Shown here piece by piece: positions 1-11,719 of a DNA stretch of 64,000 bases; the stretch's first letter is position 1; every line of letters starts with the position of its first letter. Origin of the DNA: Phoronis australis. Taxonomy: Eukaryota; Animalia; Phoronida. The notes under the pieces were generated by a model. That model ran no database searches, was not told the origin of the DNA, and saw nothing but the letters and a program-made list of their open reading frames with translations. The DNA is taken from the NCBI GenBank assembly GCA_002633005.1, contig NMRA01000536.1, positions 134,440 to 198,439 on the forward strand. The letters are read 5' to 3'. The translations under genes and the position numbers were made by a program.

Positions 1-1479
1 TGCAACCGAGAAAAACTTGTAAAGAACCAGCCAACAACAAATAACATGTGAAACAGTGCCACGAAAGAGAGGCGCAATATGCCCATAGGCGGATTTAGGG
101 GGGGGTAGGGGGCCCGGGCCGTTGATTCTACTATTACTTCAAATTATTTAAGATAGCCACATTTATCAAGTTTGTTCTCTGCTTAATTCATAAATCAGTG
201 TTCCTGAATACCACCAGGTGTTTATTTTTATTCTCATTTTCATCAATGTTTTATCACCCTTGAAAACAATTTTATGACATTGTTTTACATCATTTGTTAA
301 AAGTGTTAAATAGTTAACATCGTGGTTTGAGTACCCAACATAGGCTTAGCTGTGGTGTCTGGCACCAAAATAAAATCAGTGTATATTGATTGTGAATCGA
401 CTTCAAAAAATGAATATTTCTTCAGTAGTGAAGTTGGAATGATTCTGAATTGATAGCTTTGCCACAAAAAGTGGTTTGATACTTAAAATTCAAAGTGTAC
501 ACTCATCCCTCACACACAACTTATGTTGAGTTGTCTGACCACTAGTTTTAGAAGATAGTGAAAATGTGTGTGTTCCACTTTACAAGCATTCTCTTAAACC
601 TTCATGTGAAAGAACAATTGTAACCATTTGCAATTCACAGAAGTTAAAAGAATTTTAAAATGTTAAATTTCCGTAAAAGGGAAAGCAAGGAGAAAAGACA
701 AATATTTACGTAAGCATTGAAAGGTGTTGATTAGACCTAACAATTGATGTTTTCTCTGGTTGCATGTCTGTCATAAATGGACTCAATTGCCGGCAATTGA
801 TAGCATGACTAGCAGTGAAGAGGACAGTTTTTCACATAGATTTGTATTGGGAGTTTTCATTTCAAAGCTCTAATAACTCGCACTGCATCCATGCATTTGT
901 TACTACTGGGATTATTCATAATCGTGCTCATACTTATGGTTGTATGTTGTAGACGCCAGTTCCACGAAAACGAAGAATAAGACGCAGGAAGAAGATTAAA
1001 CGTGCAACACAAACTACTGCTCGTGGTTAGTTATGAATAATAAGTTAATATCATTTTGTACTACTGTTAGTACTTATCAGAGTTAATGCTCAAGATGTTT
1101 CATCTTGGGAATTGCAAAAAAAGTTTGTCTAAGGTGGGATTTAAGTCGAGCACGGGCATTTAAAAACGAGTGTTCGATAAATCGGGGATGGACTTTCACT
1201 AGAACATTCGATTCTTTCACATATGCTAATATACAAATACTGTGACTTTAGAACGTGGAAGAGCCAAAAGTATCAGTCGTCACCCAGTTCAGTAATGAAG
1301 TAGAATTTTCCCTCCCAAATATGGCGAGGTGCCGCTGTTTGTTACGCAAAGGTAAGCGAGGTGCATAAGTTTTGGTAACTAAAATTGTCACAGGACACTC
1401 ACAGAGACACTGGCACCTTTAAGAAGTCGCAATCTTAGAGATTGGGAGTGAGCTTTAATTAGCTGAGCGCTGGTTTTAA

Positions 1480-1640
1480 AAGTGAAAATTTAGAATTTTT
1501 TGGTTGTTTAAAAATGAAATTTTGCAAATTCTCTGGGTGTTTAAAAATGCAATATGTAAATTCCATGGATGTTTAGAGATGAAAATTTGGAAATTCCCTA
1601 GGTGTTTAAATGTTAAGGTTCAGAAATTTTGTGGGTTTCG
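1480..1640. repeat. Degenerate minisatellite, ~30-bp unit (ggtgtttaaaaatgaaattttg...aaatt)
   Basis: About five imperfect copies of gtttaaaa(a/g)tg(a/c)aa...aaatt at ~30-bp spacing. Confidence 0.7.
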
Positions 1641-1735
1641 AGCAGAACCCAGGTGTTCATCTAGAGGAGTATGCTGTTGGGTTATACATTGTTTTAAAGC
1701 TCCAGTCAGAGGCTAAACTTTTAATACTGGAACAG

Positions 1736-1983
1736 GGGCCCGTTCCAACAAAACTAACTTAGCTAAGACAAATCTTAAATTTTAGTAAATTTTAAGATAA
1801 AACTTAAACTTGTCTCGCGACTGTTTTAAGCAAGAGGTCCTAAGTTTGAATTAAGTTTTTGATAAAAGTTCAATCTTAATTTTAACTATTTGACCGGATG
1901 TGGAAGTTTCAAAGTTTGGAAGTTAAGACAAATCTTAGACTTCAGTCAAAAATGAACTTAAGTCAGTTTCTTGGAACGGGACC
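1736..1983. mobile_element. Harbinger/PIF-like MITE with CAG target-site duplication
   Basis: Ends gggcccgttccaacaaaactaactta ... taagtcagtttcttggaacgggacc are inverted repeats; CAG on both sides (1733-1735, 1984-1986). Related copies at ~18024-18246, 19421-19583, 20619-20865 and 22031-22195. Confidence 0.75.
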
Positions 1984-2609
1984 CAGGTATGTCAGTGATA
2001 GCTGCTTATATCCACTGTTTGTGAGCTGCTTGTTTTAGGGCCTAGTGCTAGTGCAGCTCCACCTAGGAACTGTACAAGATCTCCCTCTCCTCTGTTAAAG
2101 AAACAAACACCTAATAGGTGTAGGCAATACATGTTACAAAGTGTTATTTTGTGTGTGTCACATCCTTATACTGGGTTAAGGAAGGTTTGACGTTCACTGA
2201 AATTTATTTCCGTTTTCTTTTTCAGATATTAAACCATATTGTGTATTATCAACTTTTAGTTTCAGTGTCCGGTTCTCAGTTGCCTATTCCCGATGACTGC
2301 TCTGAATCTGATGGAAGCCTGGATCTTCCGCTCATAACAATTGCTAGGAGACTGAGAGATGCTAAAGGTTAGTGTTACTGACTTTAAGGGGGAAGTCGAC
2401 TTACATTTTGCGCCACGCAATTTGCCAAAATCACAACAGCTGACTGCGAAAGTTTATTCATGAACAAACAATTGGCGTCACATTAAACTTAAACCTTGAC
2501 TCTCTAAAGTTCCACAAAAATGTGAGAAAAGTTCATTTAAACTGCCAAATAATTCTGGTAAGAAGTTTGTTCAAGTTGGCAGAATCTGGCCAAGTTGAAT
2601 TCGTCCAAT

Positions 2610-5600
2610 GGGGCTATTCGGAGAATTCTTCTCATGGTGTCGCCGCTGTACTAGTGGTGATTGAATTGCGCATGCGTCGCTATCTGCATGTAAACAACTG
2701 GTAAAAGATGGAATTATTCTCAAAATATGTTGTCGCGCTAAGCCTTATTACAGCTATTTTCCGTGGTGCAAGTCTTCGACAGTTGGCCACAAATTCCCAA
2801 AAGACCTATGGTTACTATATTCGTGGACAATTGCTGTCAAAAGGGTCAACCAACTGACAAAAAGTGTGTGTGGATGCTGAAGCCCCTTGTGTACTTTATG
2901 CATTTCCGTTTACTTGGTAAGTTTTTAGCAATCAGTTTCTATTGACATCGTTCGGTAATGTTATCCCCACCAGTTAACCCACTTTATAATGGGTTTATTG
3001 AGTGGAACTACGTGTTTCTTTTCAGAAACTCACCTAGGACTCGGATGCCGGGTAGGCTAGCAGCACATATTCATATTGTCCTGGGTAGGAGTGCGCCCAA
3101 TATAAGAGGTGTATCGTACTTGATGCTCAGAAGTCAAGGGTGACTTTTTCACAGCAGTTTCTCTTCAAAACTATGCTGTGTCTCATAAATTTCTCTAGAT
3201 GAGCGAGTTTCCTTATTTTATAGCGGAAACCACCCCCAGGACTACCAGATTAGTTACCGAATCAATATGAATAAGCCTTAATTCAGCAAATGTTACATTG
3301 CATTGCAATAAAATTTTACACATATGAATTTTGCTTGTTGAGATCAGAAGCACATTTTAAATGTCATGAAAAATACACATTGTTGAATCACTTTTAGCCT
3401 GTTTCACATATTTTAGTTCAGATATTAAATAAGACTTGGGTTCAAAGATTATTATTTTCTACATATAAACATGAAGATGAGACATCAAGTATGTTCTGCC
3501 TTACAAAAGTAGTTTGTCTTGTGTTTTCTTTTATAATTTGCTAAATATTTCTCCCACTATTCTGTTACAGGTGAGAGAAAACAACTGAAACCAACCGCCT
3601 GACCATCTATTTTACCTTAGGACAAAGTGAAAAGCAAACTTTCAGCAATAACCTGAGAGAAATGAACCTAATTCAGAAATTCAGCACTTGATATGCCCGA
3701 TTATGGACTCCATTGCAATGTTGTTTCTTTGTATGTATGTATGTATGTATGTGCTTGTTTTTAAATACGCTGATTAACTGTTTATTCTCGAATCTTGTGC
3801 ATAGCAGATACTTATCCAGCTAGCTACAATTGAAAACATAGTATTACTTTTCTTGCATGTGCAACTTTTGTTCATAGACAAGTTAACACAAACCATAAAA
3901 TTGTTCAGAGGCCTTCTTGAAAAAGCTCTAAAATAATAACACGCACAAACAAATCAAATGCAAACAATGGGAATACTTCATTTTGATCGCTAGGCATTTC
4001 TTTAGGTCAACAGGAAAATGCCAATTCGCAAGCGTATTCGGTAATCACTTCAGATTTGTCAAGAATAAGCACAACTGCACTGTATGGGGCTTTAAAACTG
4101 ATGAAATATTGTGGTTTCAATAATTAGTGACAAACTTGCCTATTGATTAATAGTTTATTTGATCATCAAAGTGTAACATTAACGAGCTTTCTACTGACAA
4201 GGCAATCGATGCAGTCACGGAATGTCATTTACCCATAATGTGTACGAAATTGAAAAGTTTTTACCATTAGTATAAAGCCTTTCTTCTGAAAGGAAAAGTT
4301 AATGTCACTCAGTGAGAAAGGACAGGTATTTATACCAGATGCTTTTGGTTTGCATTTCACCTGGATCTAGTTTCAATGGCCTATAGAAGCGCTTGTAAAA
4401 AGGTCCAGTTTCAGCATGTGGTTTTCTTTCACGTAACCTCATTCAGCCTCAGTAACATCCACAATTAGACCCTTGAAGGTAAACGCAACAGCATATCACT
4501 TGAATCGTTATGTGCCAAAATCGGACCCTGAACTAGACCAGAGTGTCAATAGGTCTTCTTTAGCTTCAGTCCCTCATGTTTCTTCCAAGAAAGGAAATAA
4601 GCTATTGTCCACTCACGACTCATTGCCTATTAAAGGGCATCTTCACCGACGAGGCTTACTTGTGTCGCGGTCAGATATATTTCCTCTTCATACACAAACA
4701 ATCCACTGACACACTGTCTTATGGTAACTTAGTACTGCGATTCACATTTCTCCAGGGCCACTGACTTCTACATTGTGCCACGTATCACTGCTGGTGTGTG
4801 GAAGTGCTGTGGGGAGAGAACGGAGTAACAAAGCTTGTCTATGTTGCGGCTTGAAGTGGCCTAAAAATATCACTGAACCTGGAACGAATATTGAAATAGG
4901 AATAATTAAGTACTACAGGTTGGGTAAAAAATGCTACCCCTGTTCTTAAAAAATATGAAATGGTGACTGCTCTACAATTTCACATAAAATTAAATAGTTA
5001 TTATTTTCAGAAACCAAGGGTGTTTATAATAAGTATTGCATGAAACTGCGTCTTTATTTTTCATTCGTATCCATAAGAATTCTTTAAACACATCACTTGT
5101 CTGCAAAACATACAAGTTTTTTTGTGACAACTTCAAACCTGTGTTACCCATTTTCAAGCCTTTTTAATTTTGATACTTTCAGCAATTTTAAACTCCGATT
5201 ACAGATTCATGGGTCTGTTAAGCATACTTCTAGTCTAAGGCCGAGGGAACCATCACTTTTTATTTTTCTGCTAATAGAAGATATGAAGACTTGGGTCATT
5301 TAAAAATGATCAATAATCTTTCTGTTTAACAGTAATTACAAATCGTAAGGCACCATCAAAAATGCAATACTCACAAAAAACGGTAGTCATTTGAATTTGT
5401 AAACGACTTACAACATTTCAAGGTGCGAGTTAAGACTATTCAGTCACTGAGAATTTAGAAAATGTAATATATTTTTATGAGTTTACAATTGATAGCAAAA
5501 CAGTTTCATGAAATAAACTTGAAGAAACTTCAAGATGGTTAAGAATTACTTTACCATTCTCTTTCCCCCAGACATGTATTACCTGTTACTTCCACAAATT

Positions 5601-6380
5601 CAGTTTCACCAAATTTTACAACCCCAACCCCCTATGCCAATCCCTCGTTAAGGACCTGAATAAGTAAATTTAACAAAACGACTCAGTTACCTTTCTTTAA
5701 AAATAGCTGTTCCTTTTCAAAGGCTTTGTCGTTGTCTCCGCTATGGAAAGTAGGTCAATTCAGGTATGGTGCAGCCCTCAAACCTAAAAACCAAAGGTCA
5801 CGTGAAAACAGACATGATAGAATTCCAATTTCCATGTGTAATAGATTTCCGGAAGACATATGATGGGGAGTAAACAAATAGTCTAAGGCAATGTATGTTT
5901 GTCATATACCCTTTGCCATTGGGCTTGGATTGTAATCTTAACTCACTAGCCAATATGGAGTTGACAGCATAAACATTCAGCATATATTGATGTAACTGTC
6001 ACTGATAAACCTGTTAGAAATCATGATTCCAAACAATAATAATGCTTTGATGTACGAAAAAATTCCGAGTTTTACGTCAAGTATCTTCACACGCATCACA
6101 ACAAACATTAAGATTAACCCGACTGGCGACTGCTGCGAAGTTGACATCGGCGAGTACCTCAGTTAACAGACATCAGTGGAATAAACATGGAATAATCGAT
6201 AAAATAATCACAAACCTTACCTTTGTATAAGGTCGTGCTTACTTCCTCTCATAGAAGCACCCTTTTTACGCAATTTTCAGATTCATTTGGCACGGCTGCA
6301 AGCCATTTCACCGGCTGCTTAATCTATCACCACTAGTACACGTGTGCCCTCTAGTTATCGTAATTTTTCCGAATAGCCCC
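2610..6380. mobile_element. Decayed ISL2EU-like DNA transposon (THAP remnant on +, YqaJ-like exonuclease remnant on -)
   Basis: TIR ggggctattcgga / tccgaatagcccc (13 bp perfect) with AT on both flanks. + strand THAP-like pieces: LYAFP before a gtaag donor (~2880-2917) and ERKQLKPTA*PSIL (3571-3620). - strand pieces: SL*KGTAIFKE (~5690-5785) and FHTPAVIRG..GLFVYEEEIYL..FTFKGLIV..FYKRF (~4370-4810), with stops and frameshifts. Confidence 0.75.
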
Positions 6381-6731
6381 ATTTAGTTTGAAAACTACCA
6401 TTTGTTATTGCTGAAGTTGTGTAGTATGCAAAACTGTGTATCGTGTTACGTTTCAGTGACCCAAGTTAACACAATGATTAAACTACTTTTATCGGATTGG
6501 TCAGTGAATTTTATCATTGCATGACCAAAAATCACTTCTTAACTCAGCAGGGAACAAGGTGAGGACAATTTAATAATGGTGTGTGGTTTAAATCAAAATT
6601 TTGTTTCTTCGACAGAAAGTGCATTTATAGCCACTTTTTCTTGAAACTGTTGTTTTGGCAATATTAAGTTACAGTGATAAACTATGATGTATCTGATAAT
6701 AATAGCAAGGGTATTTCTAGTCACAGGTGTT

Positions 6732-7673
6732 ATGGGCGAGGGACGCTGTCATGAGACCACATTGGAACAAGAAAATGTCGCTGGCCCAAGCAGTGAGAAC
6801 TTTAATGAAGATTGCGTTAAGGTCCCAAATGTACATTGTGTTCCAGCATCTGATGTTGATGATGACCTTGGCAGGGCACCAAACCAGCGTGGAGAGACGT
6901 GTTTTATCAAAGTGGAAATGTTTGAAGATCATGATGAGATTGATAATTCTATTGGCAATGTAAGTGACCAAAGTGTTGGGATAACGTATGTCAAGGAGGA
7001 GATAAATGAAGATAATTATGAGACTAACGGTACTGTTAGCTCATGTGTAAGAGGCCAGAGTGGAAAGAGCTTCTATATCAAAGAGGAAGTGTGTGAAGAC
7101 TACAATGAGACTAACAGTAATACTGTTGTTGGCAGTGTTGGCAGTGAGAGATTCTTTGTTAAAGAGGAAGTTTACGAAGAGTGTGAGGAGACTAATCATA
7201 CTGCTGGCAATGTAAGGGAGCACAGTGGAGGGAGATTCTATACTGCAAAGGAGGCAAATGAAAACTACGATGAGCCTAATAATACTGTGGGTAGTGCAAG
7301 GGACCAGAGTGAAGAAAGGCTCTTTATCAAAGAGGAAGTAAATTATGATACTGTTGACAGTGTAAGTGACCAGAGTGGAGAAGGGATCTATATGGAAAAG
7401 GAGCTGAATGAAAATTATGATGAGACTTGTGATACTAGCAGTGCAATGGACCAGCATGGAGCGAGGTTTTGTATCAAAGAGGAGTTAAGTGACGATTATG
7501 ATGATACTGTTGGTAATGTTAAGAACCAGAGTGGAGGAAGATTCTTTATCAAAAAGGTGGTCAATGAAGACTACGATGAGACTTGTAATGCTGTCAGCAG
7601 TGCACTTGATCAGAGTTGGAAGGATTGTTATGTCAAACTGGAGTTGAATGAAGACTTGGGCCTTTACGACTGA
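6732..7673 (+). CDS. Acidic repeat protein, ZNF paralog with ~10 psi-K-x-E repeats; C2H2 array lost (possibly a pseudogene)
   Basis: Open frame (ORF track 6684-7673); acceptor cacag|g at 6726/6727 then ATG at 6732. N-terminus MGEGRCHETTLEQENVAGPSSENF aligns ungapped with MDVGSHSELALNQEIDTGLSTENF of the 11720 ZNF; 22-29-aa repeats of the type FIKEEVNEDYDETxxxVGSVxDQSG. Confidence 0.7.
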   Translation: MGEGRCHETTLEQENVAGPSSENFNEDCVKVPNVHCVPASDVDDDLGRAPNQRGETCFIKVEMFEDHDEIDNSIGNVSDQSVGITYVKEEINEDNYETNGTVSSCVRGQSGKSFYIKEEVCEDYNETNSNTVVGSVGSERFFVKEEVYEECEETNHTAGNVREHSGGRFYTAKEANENYDEPNNTVGSARDQSEERLFIKEEVNYDTVDSVSDQSGEGIYMEKELNENYDETCDTSSAMDQHGARFCIKEELSDDYDDTVGNVKNQSGGRFFIKKVVNEDYDETCNAVSSALDQSWKDCYVKLELNEDLGLYD

Positions 7674-7779
7674 TTTGGTCGCCTTGTGGGCTGCGATTAT
7701 CTTGTACCAGTAGTGTGACGAGGATGAGACCATGAAAAGCAAAGCTGGGATTGGCATAACTGAGCAATTTCTTTCAGTA

Positions 7780-8150
7780 ACAAGCCCTTCCTGTACTGTG
7801 TGGAAAATACAGCATAATCAATGTGGCAAGGCTTTCAGATCTATGAACCTCAAGTTGCATTCAAGAACGCATCTTAGGGAGAGGCCATACAACTGTTGCT
7901 TGTTTGGAAAGTCATTTCGAGACATTTGCAGTCTTTTTTTCACACAACATGCACCGGTGTGATATGATAGGTCTAGTATTTGCACAAACCCGTTTATTTT
8001 ATAAAATCTGTCATATGTCCTGCATAAGGAAAGTCTTCTAATAAACGTGATCTTATTAACCACTCTATAATGCAAAGTGTTGAGAAACAATACACATGTC
8101 CTGTCTGTGGCAAATCATTCATTGAAAGACGTGTTGTAGACACTCACATT
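7780..8150 (+). pseudogene. Degenerate C2H2 zinc-finger remnants downstream of the acidic ORF
   Basis: QCGKAFRSMNLKLHSRTHLRERPYNCCLFGKSF (~7815-7920) and YTCPVCGKSF (~8091-8120), separated by stops and frameshifts. Confidence 0.7.
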
Positions 8151-8239
8151 GGTTTTAGACCATGGCTAGTCATTTGAAAGTGCCCATTTTCATTTTTATG
8201 CACCTACATGCACATGTGGGTGTGTTTTGCCTTCAACTT

Positions 8240-9450
8240 AGTCATAGCCTCCACTGCTTTACCTTCTGTTAAACCGCTTGTAGGATCTTCATGAAACTTG
8301 ACACTGAGGTATGCTCTTTTAAAGCTGAGAAAAAATTACGGTGACGGATTTCAAACGAATCAAGCGACTGTTGTGCCCCCTTGTGGTAATTTAAGGTCTG
8401 CCCTTTTTCAGATTTTTACAAGATTTGTCAAATAGTTTTTGTTAAGTTTTCCACACGGTTCTAATTATCTGCCGGTCTGGCATCTGCCGCTATGTCTCTC
8501 AACTCCTCAGTCACACTAACATATAATGAGATTTGGCAGATGACCAGGAATTTCATATTGATTCGACTACTGCTGTGCCCCTTGTGGCAATTTTGTTTTT
8601 ATGGTTTCCTCTGTATTTGGCAAATCCGTTTCTATTAGGAGACCAAAACATCTTTTCATGTTTTAGCGAGATTGCTTTGGTGATTCTGCGCCACCTAGTG
8701 CCATGGCCATTTCGAAATTTGGCACACAGCTACTGAGATGATGCTATCATCCCATTTTCGGACGTATTCAAGGTATTTTGCACCACCTAATGGCCATTTT
8801 TAGTGTTTTCAAGTCTTGTTTTTTTTGGCGTCCACTCCTCCACCATTCAAACCATTCTAAGGATAGTTGTAAAATTGACATATGTTTTAGCGGTGTGAAC
8901 AGCATACGATTCACCTATGGCTTTGACTACTGTGATGCCTCCTAGTGCTATGTTTTGCATCCAAAGATGTATGATAAACCCATTTGTTGGATCCTTATTA
9001 AATTTAGAAATGTAATTATATGAACGGTTGACTAGCCTACAGACGGCAACGACTTTCGGACAGATCAGACGAACGCTGTGCCCCCTAGTGGCAGCTTCAT
9101 TTTTTACGTTTTGCTCTGTTTAATTCTCTGAAGTTCCTTGACAATTTTTTATGAAATTTTGATAATAGCTTTCTATTGAAGAAACAATGACATGTTCTTG
9201 TTTTTGGAAGGATTCAAGGCATTTTGCGCCATCTAGTGGCCATTTTTCTGTTTTTGAGATTGCTTTTTGGCGTCCGCCCCTCTATTAATTTTGCGCCGGA
9301 ACCACATCATTTGCGGTGCATTCAGTAGTGGGCGCATATCAACCAGCTTCACGTTGCTCTTGTTCATAAATTGGTCAAACAAATCTCTAATATGACGACG
9401 GCGACACCTTCCGGATGGGTGCAATGTATTCTGAGCCATCTAATGCCCTT
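8240..9450. repeat. Repeat element with internal tandem subunits carrying gcgcc(a/c)cctagtggc motifs
   Basis: Eight co-oriented motif variants (8373, 8575, 8688, 8780, 8935, 9078, 9226, 9433); 8766-8840 and 9212-9282 are clear direct repeats. Confidence 0.65.
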
Positions 9451-11719
9451 TTTCGTACAGTACAGAGAAAATTGGGCTCGCCTACGTTTCACCGTGACGA
9501 GAAAGGGTAGAAGCGTTTGCACTTCTAATGACTTAGTGCGCCACTGACGCCAGGTACCGGGTATTAGCTGGCTGCCCTAGTCAAAATGAATTTCTTACAT
9601 GATTATCTTCTAACATTCAAAATAGACTATTAATTAGTCAACGTTCTAAGTATATATAATAACGGAAACCAATTGACGGTTACCACTATGCACTGACCGC
9701 AGAGAATGAAGTGGCCTGTCGCCCGCTGGCGGCGGCGTGATCGCCTAGCTTGTTTTCAGTGCAAGGCAAAACGTTTAAAATTCCGAATTTGGAATTTGTA
9801 AGCAATTGCCAAAAGCATGCGCACAGGTACTTGACAGGCAAACGAGCATTGGAGACGGGCGCATCCGACGACTGACTGAGGAGTAGTGCACCGGCTTTCA
9901 CCCGACCAGTGAAAAAACACCCGCGCCGCGGGTCATAAAATGCCAAAGCTTCTCAATTATCTACGTGAATTTTATATTATAAATTATTCTTTTGTCGGAC
10001 ATTATGTTTCTACAAAATGCTAGACTCGAAGTTCTACAGTGATTGTCGGGCTCCGTTGCCAGGCAAGTTTTTAGTTCAGGTTCATGAGCTCGGTGAATTT
10101 TCACGACCTCCACTAGGGGCGCCAGCATGCTTGTGACGTCAGCGGTCCAAAAGCATCTGTCAACATTCACCAGACTGTTATTGCGCATGTAGTAGTCTGC
10201 CGAGGGATCCTGGCTGAAGAAGTTAAAAACAGTTTACGGTGGTAAAAACGTTGTTGTTAAATTATTAGTGTACCAAAGAGTGGGTTCTGTAGTGCAAGCT
10301 TCCTTAAAAATGTCGCTTAAGTCACTTTAAGCCAGGCCTTCGTTCATCTATACTACTAGGCAATGACCATCGCCTCTGTTGGCCCGAACCAGAGGCGATG
10401 TAGAGGCGCTCTGTACGCCGGAAGCTTTTCGGCGAATTATGCCTCGCACCGACTAAACCATCAAAGTCACGTTGTTATAAATACCTTTTGCGCATAGAGG
10501 AACACCTTAGGAGGTTGTCGATGTGATTAATTCCTTCCAACTCGAACAAATACTCCCGTTATGAAACTTTTTCTTCGAGCAGTCCCTATTTCAGTTCCCA
10601 AAATCGTGAACTCACCATTTTTATACTGCGCACGCTCCAATTCATGACCTCAATCTTTAAATAGGCCAAAGGTGAGCCATTGCGGTCTTGTCAGTCAAAT
10701 GTTCGTTTCCAAAATGCCACCACTTATACTTGTCTTTAATTGGCGTTACTTGAAACTGATTGTATTTCAATGAATCATTGTTTGTATTTGATAAAAATAA
10801 ATGCTGTTGATATGACATTTAATAGTCCATGTGCACATATTTGACATTTTAATGTTTAACAACACGGCAAATGCACGGCTGGTTCCCGGCAGCACGTACG
10901 CGAAGGGCGGGAANNNNNNNNNNNNNNNNNNNNNNNNNNNNNNNNNNNNNNNNNNNNNNNNNNNNNNNNNNNNNNNNNNNNNNNNNNNNNNNNCCCCCCT
11001 CCCACCCACCCAGCTCCATGCCTGGCTTGCCCAGCTGATAGGCTCCGTACCTCAGGTATACACTGCCAAAACTAACGCTTTGTGGTCTTTCAATTTGTTA
11101 CCTATGTGAGTTGCAAGTGGTTCGAACATCGAATTTTCAATCACCTGAGGGGAATTTTTTAGCATAATGAGGGGAATTTCGCGTGATTTTTAATATTTTT
11201 CAGAGGGCCTGTGTTAGTAAGTGCAGCCTCTTAATTGTAAAATGTTATCTTTCCTATCTTGGATGTTCAGTAGCAGCTCACACTGTTTTGTGTTTTTCAA
11301 TAATGAACCATTGTCTCGGTGTAGGCTTCATTTAAGCCAAGCAGTGTGACAACTGGGCCCAGTAACGTTGCATAAAAGTTATACACCGTATAGCAACAAT
11401 TACATCGCATTATCACGCGTCACTTTGTTACTGCACCTGACGTCATGCAACAATCAAACTTATCCAGCGGATATCTTTTGAAGCGTTATGCAACTCAGCC
11501 CTGGTCCTCATCTTCACTGATCACCGACTTTTCGCCACTGTCGTAGATGTAAGCTTAAAGTTGATGGTTGTTTGTGAAATCATAAAAGAGTATATACACA
11601 AACATTATATGCTGCTGTAATAAAAAGAAGTTCAGTAAATATGAGTCAGTTAAAACTTTCACTTTCATTGCTCATCTTTACCTTTGTTGCAATAAATATT
11701 TCTGGTTTCAGGTATCGTC

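Noticed and set aside
1480-1640. CRISPR-like periodicity, also at 8373-9448 and 35880-36200
   Set aside because: Eukaryotic context, degenerate units, no identical repeats with unique spacers, and no cas genes.
950-2370. Exon-like segments with donors at ~1025, 1351 and 2368
   Set aside because: Plausible 5' exons of the acidic ZNF or of another gene, but they have no recognisable product and no way to link them.
9800-10700. Putative ZNF promoter (GC-richer, ccggaag and gcgcatg motifs)
   Set aside because: The motifs are short, the region contains repeat-like sequence, and no transcription start can be placed from sequence alone.
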